Below, in pieces: positions 50,301 to 62,400 of a stretch of 64,000 nucleotides of DNA. Every line of letters begins with the position of its first letter. Position 1 is the stretch's first letter. Origin of the DNA: Cyanophora paradoxa CCMP329 (lineage: Eukaryota > Plantae > Glaucophyta); contig QPMI01000072.1 of NCBI GenBank assembly GCA_004431415.1, positions 50,113 through 114,112 of the forward strand, written 5' to 3'. Made by a program: the position numbers and the translations under genes. The notes beneath the pieces are model-generated. The model had not been told where the DNA came from, searched no databases, and worked only from the letters and a program-made list of their open reading frames with translations.

Positions 50301-50952
50301 CGGCGGCGGGACCGCGGGGGCGGCGGGGTGGGCCGAGGCCGGCGCTTGAGGCGCGGGGGCCCGCGCCGGGCGCAGAAGGCGGCGAGGCCGGGAGAAGTAG
50401 GAGGGCGGCAGGAGCGAGAGCGGGAGATCTCTGGAGCGGGGGTGGCAGGTGGCGGGGGCGGGGGCGGGCTGAACCGCAGGGGGCGGGGAGACCCCCCCAC
50501 CTTCCTCCCCGGCGGGGGAGACCGCAGGGGGAGCGGAGAGGGTCCGCGGAGGCGGGGGGGCGCGGGGGCGGGCGGGGGGCGAGCTGGGAGCACCGGCGCT
50601 GCGGCGGCAGCGGCGGCGGCGGCCCTCGAATCGGATCCGACGCCCGCCTCGAGGGACGGGGTCGGCCTCGGACGGCTCGGGCGGCCCCGGGGGCGGGCTC
50701 GCGGTCGCGCTGGGCGGAGCCGGAGGGGCGTGCCCCGGCCGCCCGGCGGGCACGCCGAAGGGGAGGGCGAAGGGAACGGGGCGGGCTCGGGGCGGGTGCG
50801 GGCAAGGGGAGCAAGGGGAGGGGCTCCGGTCAGGTGGAGGGCGCGGCCGCCCGAGGAGGGCCGGTGGCGGGCACGGGGGCCGGCGGCCCGGGGAGAGGCG
50901 GGCCGCGGGGCCGCCCGGCGCCGTCCTCCGGCGCCATCCTCCGGGAAAGGCG

Positions 50953-52444
50953 CGGGAAAGGGCGGGGACGCGCCGGCGCGCATGCGCACCCGCTCGCCCG
51001 CGCCGGTGCTGGGGCGGGCGGCGCCGTCTTCCGCGCCGGCGCCCCGGCGAGGGAGGCACGAGGCGCGCGCAGGGCGGGCGCGATGTGGCGGCCGGCGCCC
51101 CTCTCTGGCGGCGCGGGCGGGCGGCAGACCTCAGGAGACGATAGAGCGGCGGGCATGGCCGGCGCACCGATGGCCGACGGCGCACCAGCCGCGCGCCCGC
51201 TCCAGCGCCCCTCCCCGCCCCCGCCCGCCCGCCGCCCGCCCCGGTCGCCGCCAGCGCCACGCGGGGGAGCGCGGGCGCCGCGTCGCGGACCGTCCCTGCT
51301 GCGCGCTCGGCGGTCAGGCGCCGCGGGCGGGATCTCACGTGACGGGCGTGGAGCGCTGCCGGCGACGAGGCGGGCGGGGCGGCGCCGTCAGGAGCGGGCG
51401 AGGGAGCCGTGGCGGCGGGGAGGGGCGGGGCGGGGCGGGGCGGCGGGCGCGAGGGCGCACCTCCATGAAGACGCGGTGGAAGCAGTCGGGGGCCGCCGCC
51501 GCCGACACGCGCTCAGACGGCGGGAGGCGGTCCGGCGGCCGCGGGCGCACCTTCTTCGGAGGCGGGGCGGAGGAGGGCGGAGGAGACAATCTCCCTCTCT
51601 CGCTCGCTCGCGCGCGCGCAGTGCACGGCAGACGGCCAGAAGGAGCTGCGGCAGTGCGCGACCAGAAACTCCGATCGTGTTTCGATCAACGAACCCGGCG
51701 GCCAGAATCCCGCGCTGGCCGCCGGAGCCTGGGCATGGGAGCCGCAGCTGCAGCTGCAGGCTGCCAGCGTCCGACGGTCCCGATCGCCGGAGCCGGCGAC
51801 CAGAACTTCGCTTCTGATTCGGCAGAGTGCTCTGCTCGCCATGGATTACAGAAGTACTACGTATACTGAACGAGGTGCTCCGCCACCGACCCGCCAGTGG
51901 GCCGCCACCGTGGCCGGGGCTATGCTCCACCATGGCCTCGGGCCTCGGCTCCGGCTGCAGCTGCGCAGGCGCAGCTGCGTCTTGATGACTGCAGCTGCAG
52001 CTGCGCCTGCGTCCTGATAAGGATCGCTCTGCAAGGCTGGCGCATGTTGAAGTGGACAGGCAGTAGTGCACCGGTCCGGGACGCCGTTTATAGGTATATG
52101 CAGCTCACAGACCCGCCCGCCCGCCATGAAAGCAGCAGAGGCCCGCGGCGCGACCGTACCCCGGTGCTTCGGCGTGGCCGTACCCCCGCGCTTCGGTGAA
52201 TCGGCATTCATCGCGGCAGGTGCGAAGCCGACGGGTTTCTGGCATCGCTCATGTCGTTCGCTCATTGCTTGCTTGTACCGGTGCGCAGCTCCACAGGGCA
52301 GCGGGCGAGCGGCCAGCAGATCTAGACAGCACGCGACCGGCGAGGATTTCTGACCGGGCGGGCTCCGTCGGTTCCGAAAGCTCGGATCTGTTGCGTCAAG
52401 GCGATCCGTCGAAGGTGCGCTCCTCCGGGCGGGTGCAGAACCCC
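50953..52444 (+). repeat. About 1.5-kb direct repeat, copy 1
   Basis: Collinear with 57567-59094 (paired ORFs 52066/58716 and 51513/58168 are nearly identical), with scattered substitutions and indels. Confidence 0.92.
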
Positions 52445-52952
52445 GGTTGCTCGCTAGTTGCCGCTGGGCGGATTACGCCGGTCTAGAATCTACGCGTACG
52501 AATCGCTTCGAATTCGCTCTGGGCCGCACGGGTCGCCTAGAAGCGTGCGAGGGGCCGCACTGATCCCACCAAGCGACGCGGCGGGCGCGCGGACGTCGGC
52601 TAAGATGCGGGGCGAGTTATCGATATCGGTGCCGGGCCTGTGGGGGGGGCCCCACGCTCCGGCGTCGCTTGCTGCCTCGTTCGCCAACCCACGAACGGGG
52701 GGAGGGGGGGAGGACCCAGCGCGCGCCTGGGCGTGGGGGTGCAATCTCCCATAGGCCGCCGTTCGCTCCCCCGAGCCGAGACTCGGGCGGGGCGGGGCGG
52801 CCGGTAAAGGCTGAGCCCGGCGCGCGCGTGCACCGCCCCCTGCGGGAGGGGCTCAGCGCGGGTCGGGCGGCCCCCCGCAGGCTGGGGACCCGCCGGGCGG
52901 GGCGGGGGCGCGCTCCCCGCGGCGCGCTTCTGCCGCTGACCGCCCCGCAGGC

Positions 52953-55026
52953 ATGGGCAAGGGGTGGATCCCGAAGGAGGGGAAGCTGGACCTGGAAGTA
53001 GGGTTGCCGTGGTGAAGTTTCACATCGCGTAAACTTCACTACTTCAGTGAAGTTTCAGTTTCAGTTTCACCAGGCCTGCTGAAACTTCACGTGAACTTCA
53101 GGCTCCCATACAAAACTTCTTGCTGGAGCCCCTCGCGCTGAAGGCGGAAGCGGCAGCGGTTCAAGGTCTTAAACAGTACCTCCAGCCTGTAAACACATTT
53201 TATGCTTATCTGACAGCAGAAATGGGTCACTCTCGCACTTGGTTGGCCCACATGTGGGTGTACCCCCAAATGGCAGCAGTACTTCTCCCTCCAAATCTCG
53301 CATATCTTAGCAGAGCTCACATTTACAAAACATCTACAACAGTCCAGGAGGCTTCTACGCACGCTTTTGAGTCGTTTGGAGGGCAAATCTCGCAAGCGTG
53401 TGTAGTGAAACATGCAAAAATAGTGGAACTTCACGTGAAACGTGTGAAGTTTCACGGTAGTTTCAGTTTCACCCCGGGCTTGTGAAACTTCACGTGAAGC
53501 GGCAACCCTACCTGGAAGAGGAGGGGCGGACGGAGTGGCCGGCGGCGGAGATCGCGGCGGCGGGGCCCGAGAACATCCGCGCGCTCGACCTCGACGGGAA
53601 CATGCTCACGCGCATCCCGGGCGCCGAGCTCGCGAAGCTGACGAACCTGGAGGTGCTGTACTTGCGCAACAACCAGCTGACGGCGCTGCCGCCAGAGATC
53701 GGCCGCCTCGCCGCCCTGAAGATACTGAGCGTGGACAACAACCGGCTGACGGCGCTGCCGCCGGAGATCGGCTGCCTCGCCGCCCTGCGGGAGCTGTACG
53801 TGCGCGACAACCAGCTGACGGCGCTGCCGCCGGAGATCGGCCGCATCGCCGCCCTGCGGGAGCTGTGGGTGCACGGCAACCCCGTCGTGGACTCGTGGCC
53901 CGAGCCCGTCCGCCGCGCCGTGAACGATAACAGTGGCTTGTTTGGTGGTGAAGCCCAGTGCGCCGCCGTCGTGCCCTACCTCCGCTCCCTCCCCGCCCCC
54001 GCCCCCGCGGTGCGCCCCGCGCCCAGCCCCCGCGCCCCGCCCCTCACCCCTCGGCTTCCCCCGCGCACTCACCCGCCACCGCAGCCCGCCGCCGCTGCCC
54101 CACGCCCCGCCGCGCCCGCCCCACGCGCCCCTCCGGCCCCTGGTCCGTGCTTCCTTGCCCGTGCCCCTACGTACCCCCACCCGTGCTTCCCCTCCCCCGA
54201 CGCGAGCCCGCCTCGCAGCTCCGCCGCAGGCGGCCCCGCGCCCCCCCCCGGCGGGGGACGTGCGCTCCTGGAGCGAGGACGACGTCGTCGCGTGGGTCCG
54301 CTCCCGCGGCCCCCTCGCCCAGTGCGCCGCCCTCCGCCATCAGGCTCTCGGTCCCGCCCGCCGGCCTGAGGCTGCGGCAGGTTCGCGGGGGCCTTTCAGT
54401 TCACGAACGGCGTCGCCCTCCTCGCCCTCGGCCACAAGGACCTGGAGGAGATGGGCGTCGCGCACCACGGCGCACGCCACCGCCTCCTCGCCGAGATCGC
54501 CACCCTCGGCCACCCCGCGCTCGCACCCGGCCACAGCCCCACGCCCGGCTACAACAACCCCGCCCAGCGCGTCCCGCCCCTTCCCCCAGGCTACGAGTAC
54601 CACGTCTTGTGCGCAGTCGCTTACCTGTTCAGGCCCCGCGCCCGGTCGGCGAGCTCGCTGACGGCCCGGCCGCGGGGCGCAGCATCACGTACCGGCGGCT
54701 GGGGGGGAGGAACTACCTCGCGTCGCTCGTCCGCGAGGCCCTCGAGAAGCGCGGGTTCGACTCTCCCACACGCCTCTTTCAATTTGCCCTTGTCCGCTCC
54801 TCTGAGGCGCGCGGCGCGGGCCCCGCAGCTACAGGGTCTTCTTCGACACGCAGAGCCTGCAGGGCGGCGTCTTCGACAGCGCAATCCTCCACTCCCTCCG
54901 CGCCTCCTGCGTCGACGGTCCGGCCCCGCCCGCGTTGGAAACTTCTCCAGGCTGTCCCTGAGCCCGCCCCGCAGTCTTCATCCTCGTGGACGGCACCCTC
55001 GAGCGCTGCAAGGACCTCGAGGACTG
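52953..55026 (+). pseudogene. LRR-SAM-TIR gene with SARM1-like TIR; MITE inserted near the N-terminus and no exon found after the TIR DW motif
   Basis: LRR LEVLYLRNNQLTALPPEIGRL (about 4 repeats); SAM WSEDDVVAWVRS..Q/FAGAF..NGVALLALGHKDLEEMGV..HGARHRLLAEI; TIR YHVF/ITYRRLGG..LASLVREALEKRG/YRVFFDTQSLQGGVFDSAILHSL../VFILVDGTLERCKDLEDW; splice phases consistent. Confidence 0.82.
52999..53510. mobile_element. hAT-type MITE, 512 bp, 11-bp perfect TIR, 8-bp TSD
   Basis: cctggaag|TAGGGTTGCCG ... CGGCAACCCTA|cctggaag (TSD 52991-52998 and 53511-53518); many subterminal gtgaagtttca/tgaaacttcac repeats; removal restores the frame KLDLEEEGRTEW. Confidence 0.95.
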
Positions 55027-57566
55027 GTGCGCGGGCTGTGGGTGGGGGGCGGGGCGGGGGGGCGGGCGGGCGGCGTCTGGGGGCCTAGGTTAAGCGGCTA
55101 GGGCAGCGGCTAGGAGGGGCTCGAAGCTCGAGGCGAAGCTCGGGGCCCGGGAGGGGGGGTAGGGGAGGAGAGAGAAGCTGAGAAGGGATCAGCTCGAGAA
55201 GGGAGCTCGAGACGGGATGAGCCGGAGCTCGAAGGCGGCGGAGGGCGCCGGGCTCGATCGCGAGGCCCGGGCAGCCTCGGGCCTGCGGGCTCGAGGGGCG
55301 GCGTCCCCTGCCCGGCCGGCCGGGCGGCGCTCGAGCCTCGGGCCTCGGCCGGCGCGGGCTGCAGGTACCTGCGGGCTTCCGGGAGCCCGGGGGCCTCCCG
55401 GCGCCTTGAGGCCGCGCGCGATGTGAGGGGAGGCGCGCCGCGCGGGGGCATCAAGGTCGGGGCGGGGATTCATGGTGGGAAAGGCAGCGGAGAGCGCTAT
55501 AGCTAGACACGCAGCGGAGTCGGAGGCTCAAGGCGGTGTCCCCTCTAGCCGCTCGTCTAGCCGTCCCTCTAGCCGTCTAGCCGTCCCGGAGAGCGCGCAG
55601 CGCTCGCGCGCCGGGTACGCGCGAGGGGAGGAGGGGCGGCCACAGGTCCGGGCGAGATCGGACGCGGGCGGCGGGGCCGGGGCGGGGCCGCGGGGCCGGG
55701 CGCCCTCTTCGCAGCGGCGGGAAGGGCGCCTCGCGTCGGGGGGGAGCGGGGGGAGAAGGGGGGGTACCCGTGCCCGGCCAGGCGCCCCCAGAGACTCGCC
55801 GGGCCTCGAGCTGCGGGGGGCGGGGAGGAGGAAGGCCGCGGCGAGGGGCGAGCTCGAGGCGCCCGGCCCGCCCGCGCCCTGAGGCCCGATGGCAGCTCCA
55901 GCGCTCTCTCGTACATTAGAGAACTTCTCTCAATATCAGTGATGGCTTGCAAAGCTCTAGCTATCTACTTGGGCCTGATACTCGAGATCTACCACCACGC
56001 CTAAGCCACCTTCGGCTACATCTCTCCGCGCGTCGCGCGCCTGTACGGTCCAACCCTCGAGCTCTGGACTCTCCGGGATCCCCTCCTCGGCTCTTCATGA
56101 TCAGAAGCTCGGCGGAGGCGGGGGTCGGCCTCAGCGCCGAGCCAACCCCGCCTTGGGGGAAGGAGGCGGGGAGGGGAGGGGGGGAGGGTACGAGGGAGGG
56201 AGCAACGCCTGCGGAGCGGGGGTACGGGAGCTCGGGCTCGGAGGGTCGAGGTGGGCGGCGAGGCCAGGCCGCTCAGGAACGGATGAGGGACGGCAGACAG
56301 GAGGAGGGGGAGGAGGACACCAGGCCGCTCAGGAGGAGGAGGGGCGGGCGGGCGGCCGGCGGCCCGCGGCGGAACGGAGCCGAAGGGGCGGGCCAAGAGA
56401 CAGCCCGGGCGGAGCTGTGGGGGGCGGGGGGCCCGGGGCGGCCCGGGGAGGAGAGCGGGCGGGGCGGAGAGGGGCGCGGGGAAGGGCGGGCGGAAGAAGA
56501 AGACCCCCGAAGAAGATCCCCGAAGAAGAAGAGGGGGAGGAGAAGAAGAGGGGGAGGAGAGGGGCGGCCGGCCGGCCGGCGGCCCGCGGCGGATCCGGCG
56601 CGGGGCTGAAGGGGCGGGCCGAAACACAGCCCGGGAGGAGCTGTGGAGGGCGCTCGGGGGGCGCGGGGGGCGCGGGGAGGGGAGCGGGCGGGGCGGAGAG
56701 GGGCGCGGGGAAGGGCGGGCGGAAAAGAAGACCCGGGGGGGAAGGGACGGGGGAAGAAGAAGGAGGGGCGGGGGGGGGAGAAGGAGAGGGGAGGGGTCGG
56801 GCGGGGAGGCGGGAGGGAGGGCGAGACGGGGAGCACCGGCGCTGCGGCGCTGGGTGGCGGCCCTCCCATCGATACCCGATCCGATGCGGCGCTGAGGAGG
56901 AGAAGGCGAGGGCCGGGGCCCGCGGGCGGGGCCGATGATAAGGGGCGGGGCGGGGCTATTTATAAGGGGGCGGGGCGGGGCGGCCCTCCCGCGCGAGGAG
57001 CGCCTCCAGCGCGCGCCGGGGCACCGCTGCGGGGCACCCCGTGGGCGGCGTGCGGCGGGGGCGGGCGGGGCGGGGCGCACCGCTGCCCCCCTCCTCCCGC
57101 TCCAGGGAGGCCGGGGAGCCCGGGCCGCCGGCGAGGCCGGCCCCGGCGCCCCCTGAGAGCCACCGGTGCCCCCCGCGGGGCCGGCGGCGGCGCCCACCGC
57201 TCGCCATGCTCCGCCGCCCGCCGCCCGCCGCCCCGGCCTGAGGGGCCGCCGCCTCTGCGAGCAACGCGCTCGCGAGGCGCCCGGAAGGCGCCTCCGGCCC
57301 AGCCGCCGGCCGCGCACCTTCGAGGCGGGCGGCCGGGGAGAGCTCGATCGAAGGCGGGGGCGGGGCGGCGTTGAGGCGGCGCCGCCGCAGGAGCGGCGAG
57401 GGGAGGGCGGGGGGGAGCGCCCGGGCCCGGGCGGGAAGGGGGAGGGGCGGCCCCCGTGAGGGCCCTTTGAGCTCGGCTCGAGGCCGCGGAGGAGCGTTCC
57501 TCCGCAGCGGGCGCGGCGTCCACCGTTCCTCTCGAGGGGAACGCTCCCCAGCTGCCCGGTCAGGCT

Positions 57567-59094
57567 CGGGAGAGGGCGGGGGCGCGCCGGCGCGCATGCG
57601 CACCCGCTCGCCCGCGCCGGCGCTGGGGCGGGCGGCGCCGTCCTCCGCGCTGGCGCCCCGGCGAGGGAGGCACGAGGCGCGCGCAGGGCGGGCGCGATGT
57701 GGCGGCCGGCGCCCCTCTCTGGCGGCGCGGGCGGGCGGCAGACCTCAGGAGACGATAGAGCGGCGGGCGTGGCCGGCGCACCGATGGCCGACGGCGCACC
57801 AGCCGCGCGCCCGCTCCAGCGCCCCTCCCCCGCCCCGCCCGCCCGCCGCCCGCCCCGGTCGCCGCCAGCGCCACGCGGGGGAGCGCGGGCGCCGCGTCGC
57901 GGACCGTCCCTGCTGCGCGCTCGGCGGTCAGGCGCCGGCGGGTGGGTGCGCGGTGCGCGCCGGCGGGCGGGATCTCACGTGACGGGCGTGGAGCGCTGCC
58001 GGCGACGAGGCGGGCGGGGCGGCGCCGTCAGGAGCGGGCGGGGGAGCCGTGGCGGCGGGGCGGGGCGGGGCGGGGCGGGGCGGGCGGGGCGGCGGGCGCG
58101 AGGGCGCACGTCCATGAAGACGCGGTGGAAGCAGTCGGGCGCCGCCGCCGCCGCCGCCGACACGCGCTCAGACGGCGGGAGGCGGCCCGGCGGCCGCGGG
58201 CGCACCTTCTTCAGAGGCGGGGCGGAGGAGGGCGGAGGAGACAATCTCCCTCTCTCGCTCGCTCGCGCGCGCGCAGTGCACGGCAGGCGGCCAGAAGGAG
58301 CTGCGGCAGTGCGCGACCAGAAACTCCGATCGTGTTTCGATCGACGAACCCGGCGGCCAGAATCCCGCGCTGGCTGACGGAGCCTGGGCATGGGAGCCGC
58401 AGCTGCAGGCTGCCCGCGTCCGACGGTCCCGATCGCCGGAGCCGGCGACCAGAACTTCGCTGCTGATTCGGCAGAGTGCTCTGCTCGCCATGGATTACAG
58501 AAGTACTACTGAACGAGGAGCGGGCCGACCCGCCAGCCTGGCAGTGGGCCGCCACCGTGGCCGGGGCTATGCTCCACCATGGCCTCGGGCCTCGGCTGCA
58601 CCAGCTGCAGCTGCGCAGGCGCAGCTGCGTCTTGATGGCTGCAGCTGCAGCTGCGCCTGTGTCCTGATCATGATCGCTCTGGAAGGCTGGCGCACGATGA
58701 AGTGGACAGGCAGTAGTGCACCGGTCCGGAACGCCGTTTATAGGTATATGCAGCTCACAGACCCGCCCGCCTGCCAAGAAAGCAGCGGAGGCCCGCGGCG
58801 CAACCGTACCCCGGCGCTTCGGCGCGGCCGTACCCAAGAGCTTCGGTGAATCGGCATTCATCGCGGCAGGTGCGAAGCCGACGGGTTTCTGGCATCGCTC
58901 CTGTCGCTCGCTCACTGCTTGCTTGTACCGACGCGCAGCTCCACAGGGCAGCGGGCGAGCGGCCAGCAGATCTAGACAGCACGCGACCGGTGAGGATTTC
59001 TGACCGGGCGGGCTCCGTCGGTTCCGAAAGCTCGGCTCTGCTGCGTCAAGGCGATCGTTCGAAGGTGCGCTCCTCCGGGCGGGCGCAGAACCCC
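57567..59094 (+). repeat. About 1.5-kb direct repeat, copy 2; overlaps the predicted 3' end of the adjacent minus-strand gene
   Basis: Collinear with 50953-52444. Confidence 0.92.
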
Positions 59095-61691
59095 CAGGTC
59101 GCCGGGCGGAGGGGGTAGATCGCCGAAGGAGAGGCTCCCCGCGGACGCGCTCATGCCGGCCTCCTGCCGCAGCCTCCGCGCCTCCGCCCGCGCGTTCGCA
59201 AAGTCCAGAGCCTGCCGTACCCCGGTCAAGGGAAGGAGGTGTGAGATGAAGGCGGGAAGGAGTGTACGCGCACCGCCTGGTGGACGGGGTCGAGGGGGGT
59301 GGAGACGCGGACGCGGCCGGCGGCGGTCTGGGCCCGGGGGGGAGAGGCCGAGCGGGAGTCCGGGGAGGGGAGCGGGAGCCGCGCTCCCTGAGGAGCCGCA
59401 TGGACGGGAGGGGTACCGCCATGTACTTCCGGAAGAGGCGGGCACCCACGCCGCCCGACTTGAGCGGCCCTTTCGCCGCAGCCGCGGCGGCCGCCCTGCC
59501 CTCCTGCCCGGGGGCTGCGGGCCCCGCCCCCGCCCCCCGGTGCCGCGCCTTCTTGGCCTGGCGAGCGTTCGCCCAGCCCGTGAGGTTCAGCGGGTCCTCC
59601 TGCACCCAGGACCACCATCAGCGAACAGCAAACGGAATCAAACAACAGCAAACAGCGGCTCCGGCGGCGCGCCTCGCGCATCCTCTCCTCCTCGGCCTCG
59701 TCCTCCTCCTGCGCCGAGTTGGCGGCCGCCGCCTCCGCGCTGCTCCCCGAGCTGCTCTCCTCGCTCCACGCGCCGGCCCCGCCGCTGCCGCCCACCGCCT
59801 GCCACAGCGGCGAGCCGTCCGAGCTGCGCCGCGGCGAACGAAGTGAGCCTCTGCGGAGGCGCCGAAGGGAGGAGGGCGGCACCTCAGAAAGGCGGAGACC
59901 TCGGCGCCCTGGGCGGCGAGCTCGGCGAGCTTCATGAGAGACATGCGCCGCGACATGCGCCGCGCCGCGAGCTGCGCCACCGCCCCCGCGAGGCCTGGCG
60001 CCAGGCCCAGCGCCCCCGGCGCCGTCGCCGAGTGCTGCAGCTGCAGCTGCTGCAGGGCCGCCGGCGTCGCCACGCGCTCCGCGTCCGCCCGCGCCTCCGC
60101 CGCCGCCTGCCGCGCCAGCCTGCGCGGCACCGTCAGAAGAGGCCTCGTTCTCTAGCACTCACGGTGTAGATGGCTGCAGCTAGCGACGACCTGGCGCCGG
60201 GGCCGGGGTTGGGCCGGGGCGGGGGCGGGCGGCTCGCACCGGCGGCGGCGGCGGAGGCGGCGCTCCTCGCGGGCGAGCTCCTCCGCGTCGAAGACCACCG
60301 GAATCGCGTCCAGCAGCGCCTGCCGGCGCGATGAGGAGGAGGGTGCGGGCGGGTGGCGGGGGGGCAAGGCGGAGGCCGCCAGCGTTCTCTAGGTCCTCTA
60401 GGTTCTCTAAGTTCGAGCTAGATCCAGGCCCAGGTCCGGCCAGATTCGAGTCTCTCGGGCCCGGGGCCTCTGGGGGGGGGGGGGGGGGGGGGACCTGGAG
60501 GGCGCTGAGGCCGCTCGGCCGCTTCGGCGGGCCCGCCGGCGCCGTCTGCGAGGGGCGTGAGGGGCGGAAGAAGATTCGAGTGGGAGGAGAGAGGAAGGGG
60601 TCTGTTAGAGGAGGCTCAAGCAGATTCTCTCTCACTTGGGGCGGGTTGAGGAGGACGGTGGATGCGAGGGAGGTGCCGGAGTAGGTGCGCGGCAGGCTCG
60701 CCGCCGTCGACGCCCGCCTGCGCGCGGGCGGGAGGGCGGGCGGGTCAAGGACAGGTGGGCAGAGATGGAAGGGTAGATAGAGCGGCCAGCAAGCATCTTC
60801 TGTGCGGCGCAGCGCAGCGGGCGGGCGGGCGGACGGACCTGATGCCCGCGATGACCGCGCCCGGCGGGAGGAGGCTCGAGCCGGCGAGGCCATCGCTCGT
60901 CGAGGGCCGCCGCTGGTCCGGCTGCTGCCAGCTGAAGGAGTCGGGGAGAGAGCCCGGGACGGAGGCGGCGGCGGGGGGAGAAGCCGACGCCGCCGCCGCC
61001 GTTGTTGACGGGCGGGGCGCGGCGGCGCCGGCGGCGGCGGCGAGGGAGGACCCGGCGCCGGCGCCGGCTCCGGCTCCGGCGGCGGGCGGCAGCGCGGGGC
61101 GGGGCTTGAGGGTCGCCAGGAGTCCCGCAGCGTCCGAGGCGGGGGCAGCTTCCAGGGAGGCAGCGCTCCCGATCGAGGGCGCCGCCTTCCCCGGGCCGGG
61201 GGACCGCTGGCCCCTCTGCACGCCCGCCGGCTGCCCCTGCCCCTGCGGCGACTTTGCTGCACCAGCTCCTGCAGGTGCGTCGCGGACTCCTCCCCGAGGC
61301 CCGACCGGTCCACGCAGAGCGACCGCAGCGCCGGCAGCCGCGCCAGCGCGCGGAACATCTGCGGGGCCCGCCGCCCGGGGCGGGGCGGGGCCCGGGGCGG
61401 GCCTAGGGTGAGGCAGGGCGGAAAGGCGCGGGGCGGGCGCGGGGCGGGCGGCCTCACCTCCCGAACGCACTGGCGGAGGCGGCGCAGGACGGTGCGCTTG
61501 TGAGGCGGTGCGCCTGATGCCTGGGTGGAGAAGAAAGAGTGCGCAGGCGCGCTCCAGGATTCTCGTCCGAGCGAGCCGCTCGGAGCGCGCCCGAGGCTCT
61601 TCGTCCACCGCGCCGCCCGCGGCCGCACCGCGCCCTCCTCCCGCACCGCGCCGCCCGCGCCGGCGCCGCTGTACTCGTAGCGCGCAAGCAT
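58972..61691 (-). CDS. Unassigned multi-exon protein (possible single RNI-like LRR, low-complexity and coiled-coil segments); apparent frameshifts
   Basis: Splice-bounded protein-like pieces: MLARYEYS...RQCVRE, MFRALARLPALRSLCVDRSGLGEESATHLQELV, ALLDAIPVVFDAEELAREERR, RRMSLMKLAELAAQG, EDPLNLTGWANARQAKK, ALDFANARAEARRLRQEAG. Confidence 0.45.
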
Positions 61692-62400
61692 ACGCGCACG
61701 CGCGGGTCGACGGGGCTCGAGCAACCGAGGGCGATTGTGTGCGATCCGCCGGGCGCGAGGCCCCCGCTCGCGCGCGCGTGTTTCGGTCGTACATGTGCCG
61801 GCGCCGCGCGCGAGGCGAAGCGAGCTCTGCGAGCCTCGGCGATCAGAGCGGTACAGGAGCCGAGTGAGAAGGAGCGCGAGCGTACCAAATCGCAGAGAAG
61901 CATCGCTGAAGCCGTGATCAGGAGGAGCCTGCACAGCGGGCTGTACCCCAGGCCGGGCAAGATGATGCCAAGATCTCGCTCCAAAGCGAGCGGGCGGACA
62001 GCCAGGCGGCCCGCGTCGCACAGCCAGACGGCAGTAGCAGCGGCAATGGCTGGAAGCGATGGTCGCAAGAGGTCCAGGAGTCGGCAAGCAGCCGCGCATC
62101 CGGTGCGAACGCTGAGAGACCCGCTTTCTATCACGCTGAAGCCCCACAGATCGGTCCAGAATCAAGATGCCAGCGCAGCTTTTCGGGCTCGGGGTCTCGC
62201 ATCATGAATGGACCGGCAGCGGGGGAAGCGTGGGGCCGGAGACCGCAGCTGTCCATTCCTGCTTGAATTGGCGCCGGTGGGCGGCGGCAATCGAGGCGCG
62301 GCGAGGTTGCCGCCGGTGCGGGCCAGCAGCGACGGCGATGGCGGCGCCCTCCGGAGCGGGCGCCCACTGCGGCCCAGCGGCGCCCGTGCCACGCAACTTT

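Noticed and set aside
47000-52000. Long ORFs such as 49160-51817 (885 aa) and many overlapping Arg/Gly/Pro/Ala-rich ORFs
   Set aside because: Expected from extreme GC content with few stop codons; no domain motifs, and open in several frames at once
53120-53485. ORF inside the MITE as a transposase
   Set aside because: Only 121 aa with no BED finger, DDE or hAT dimerisation motif
55641-55670. cag|gtccgggcgagatc as the missing TIR VxxEI exon
   Set aside because: Wrong phase, needs an extra base, and the downstream sequence is not TIR-like
57700-58250. Degenerate F-box-like exons on the minus strand inside the 1.5-kb repeat (PDCFHRVFM)
   Set aside because: No ATG, exons do not join in phase, and similarity is too weak
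50953-59094. LTR retrotransposon
   Set aside because: No TG...CA termini, PBS, PPT, TSD or gag/pol seen
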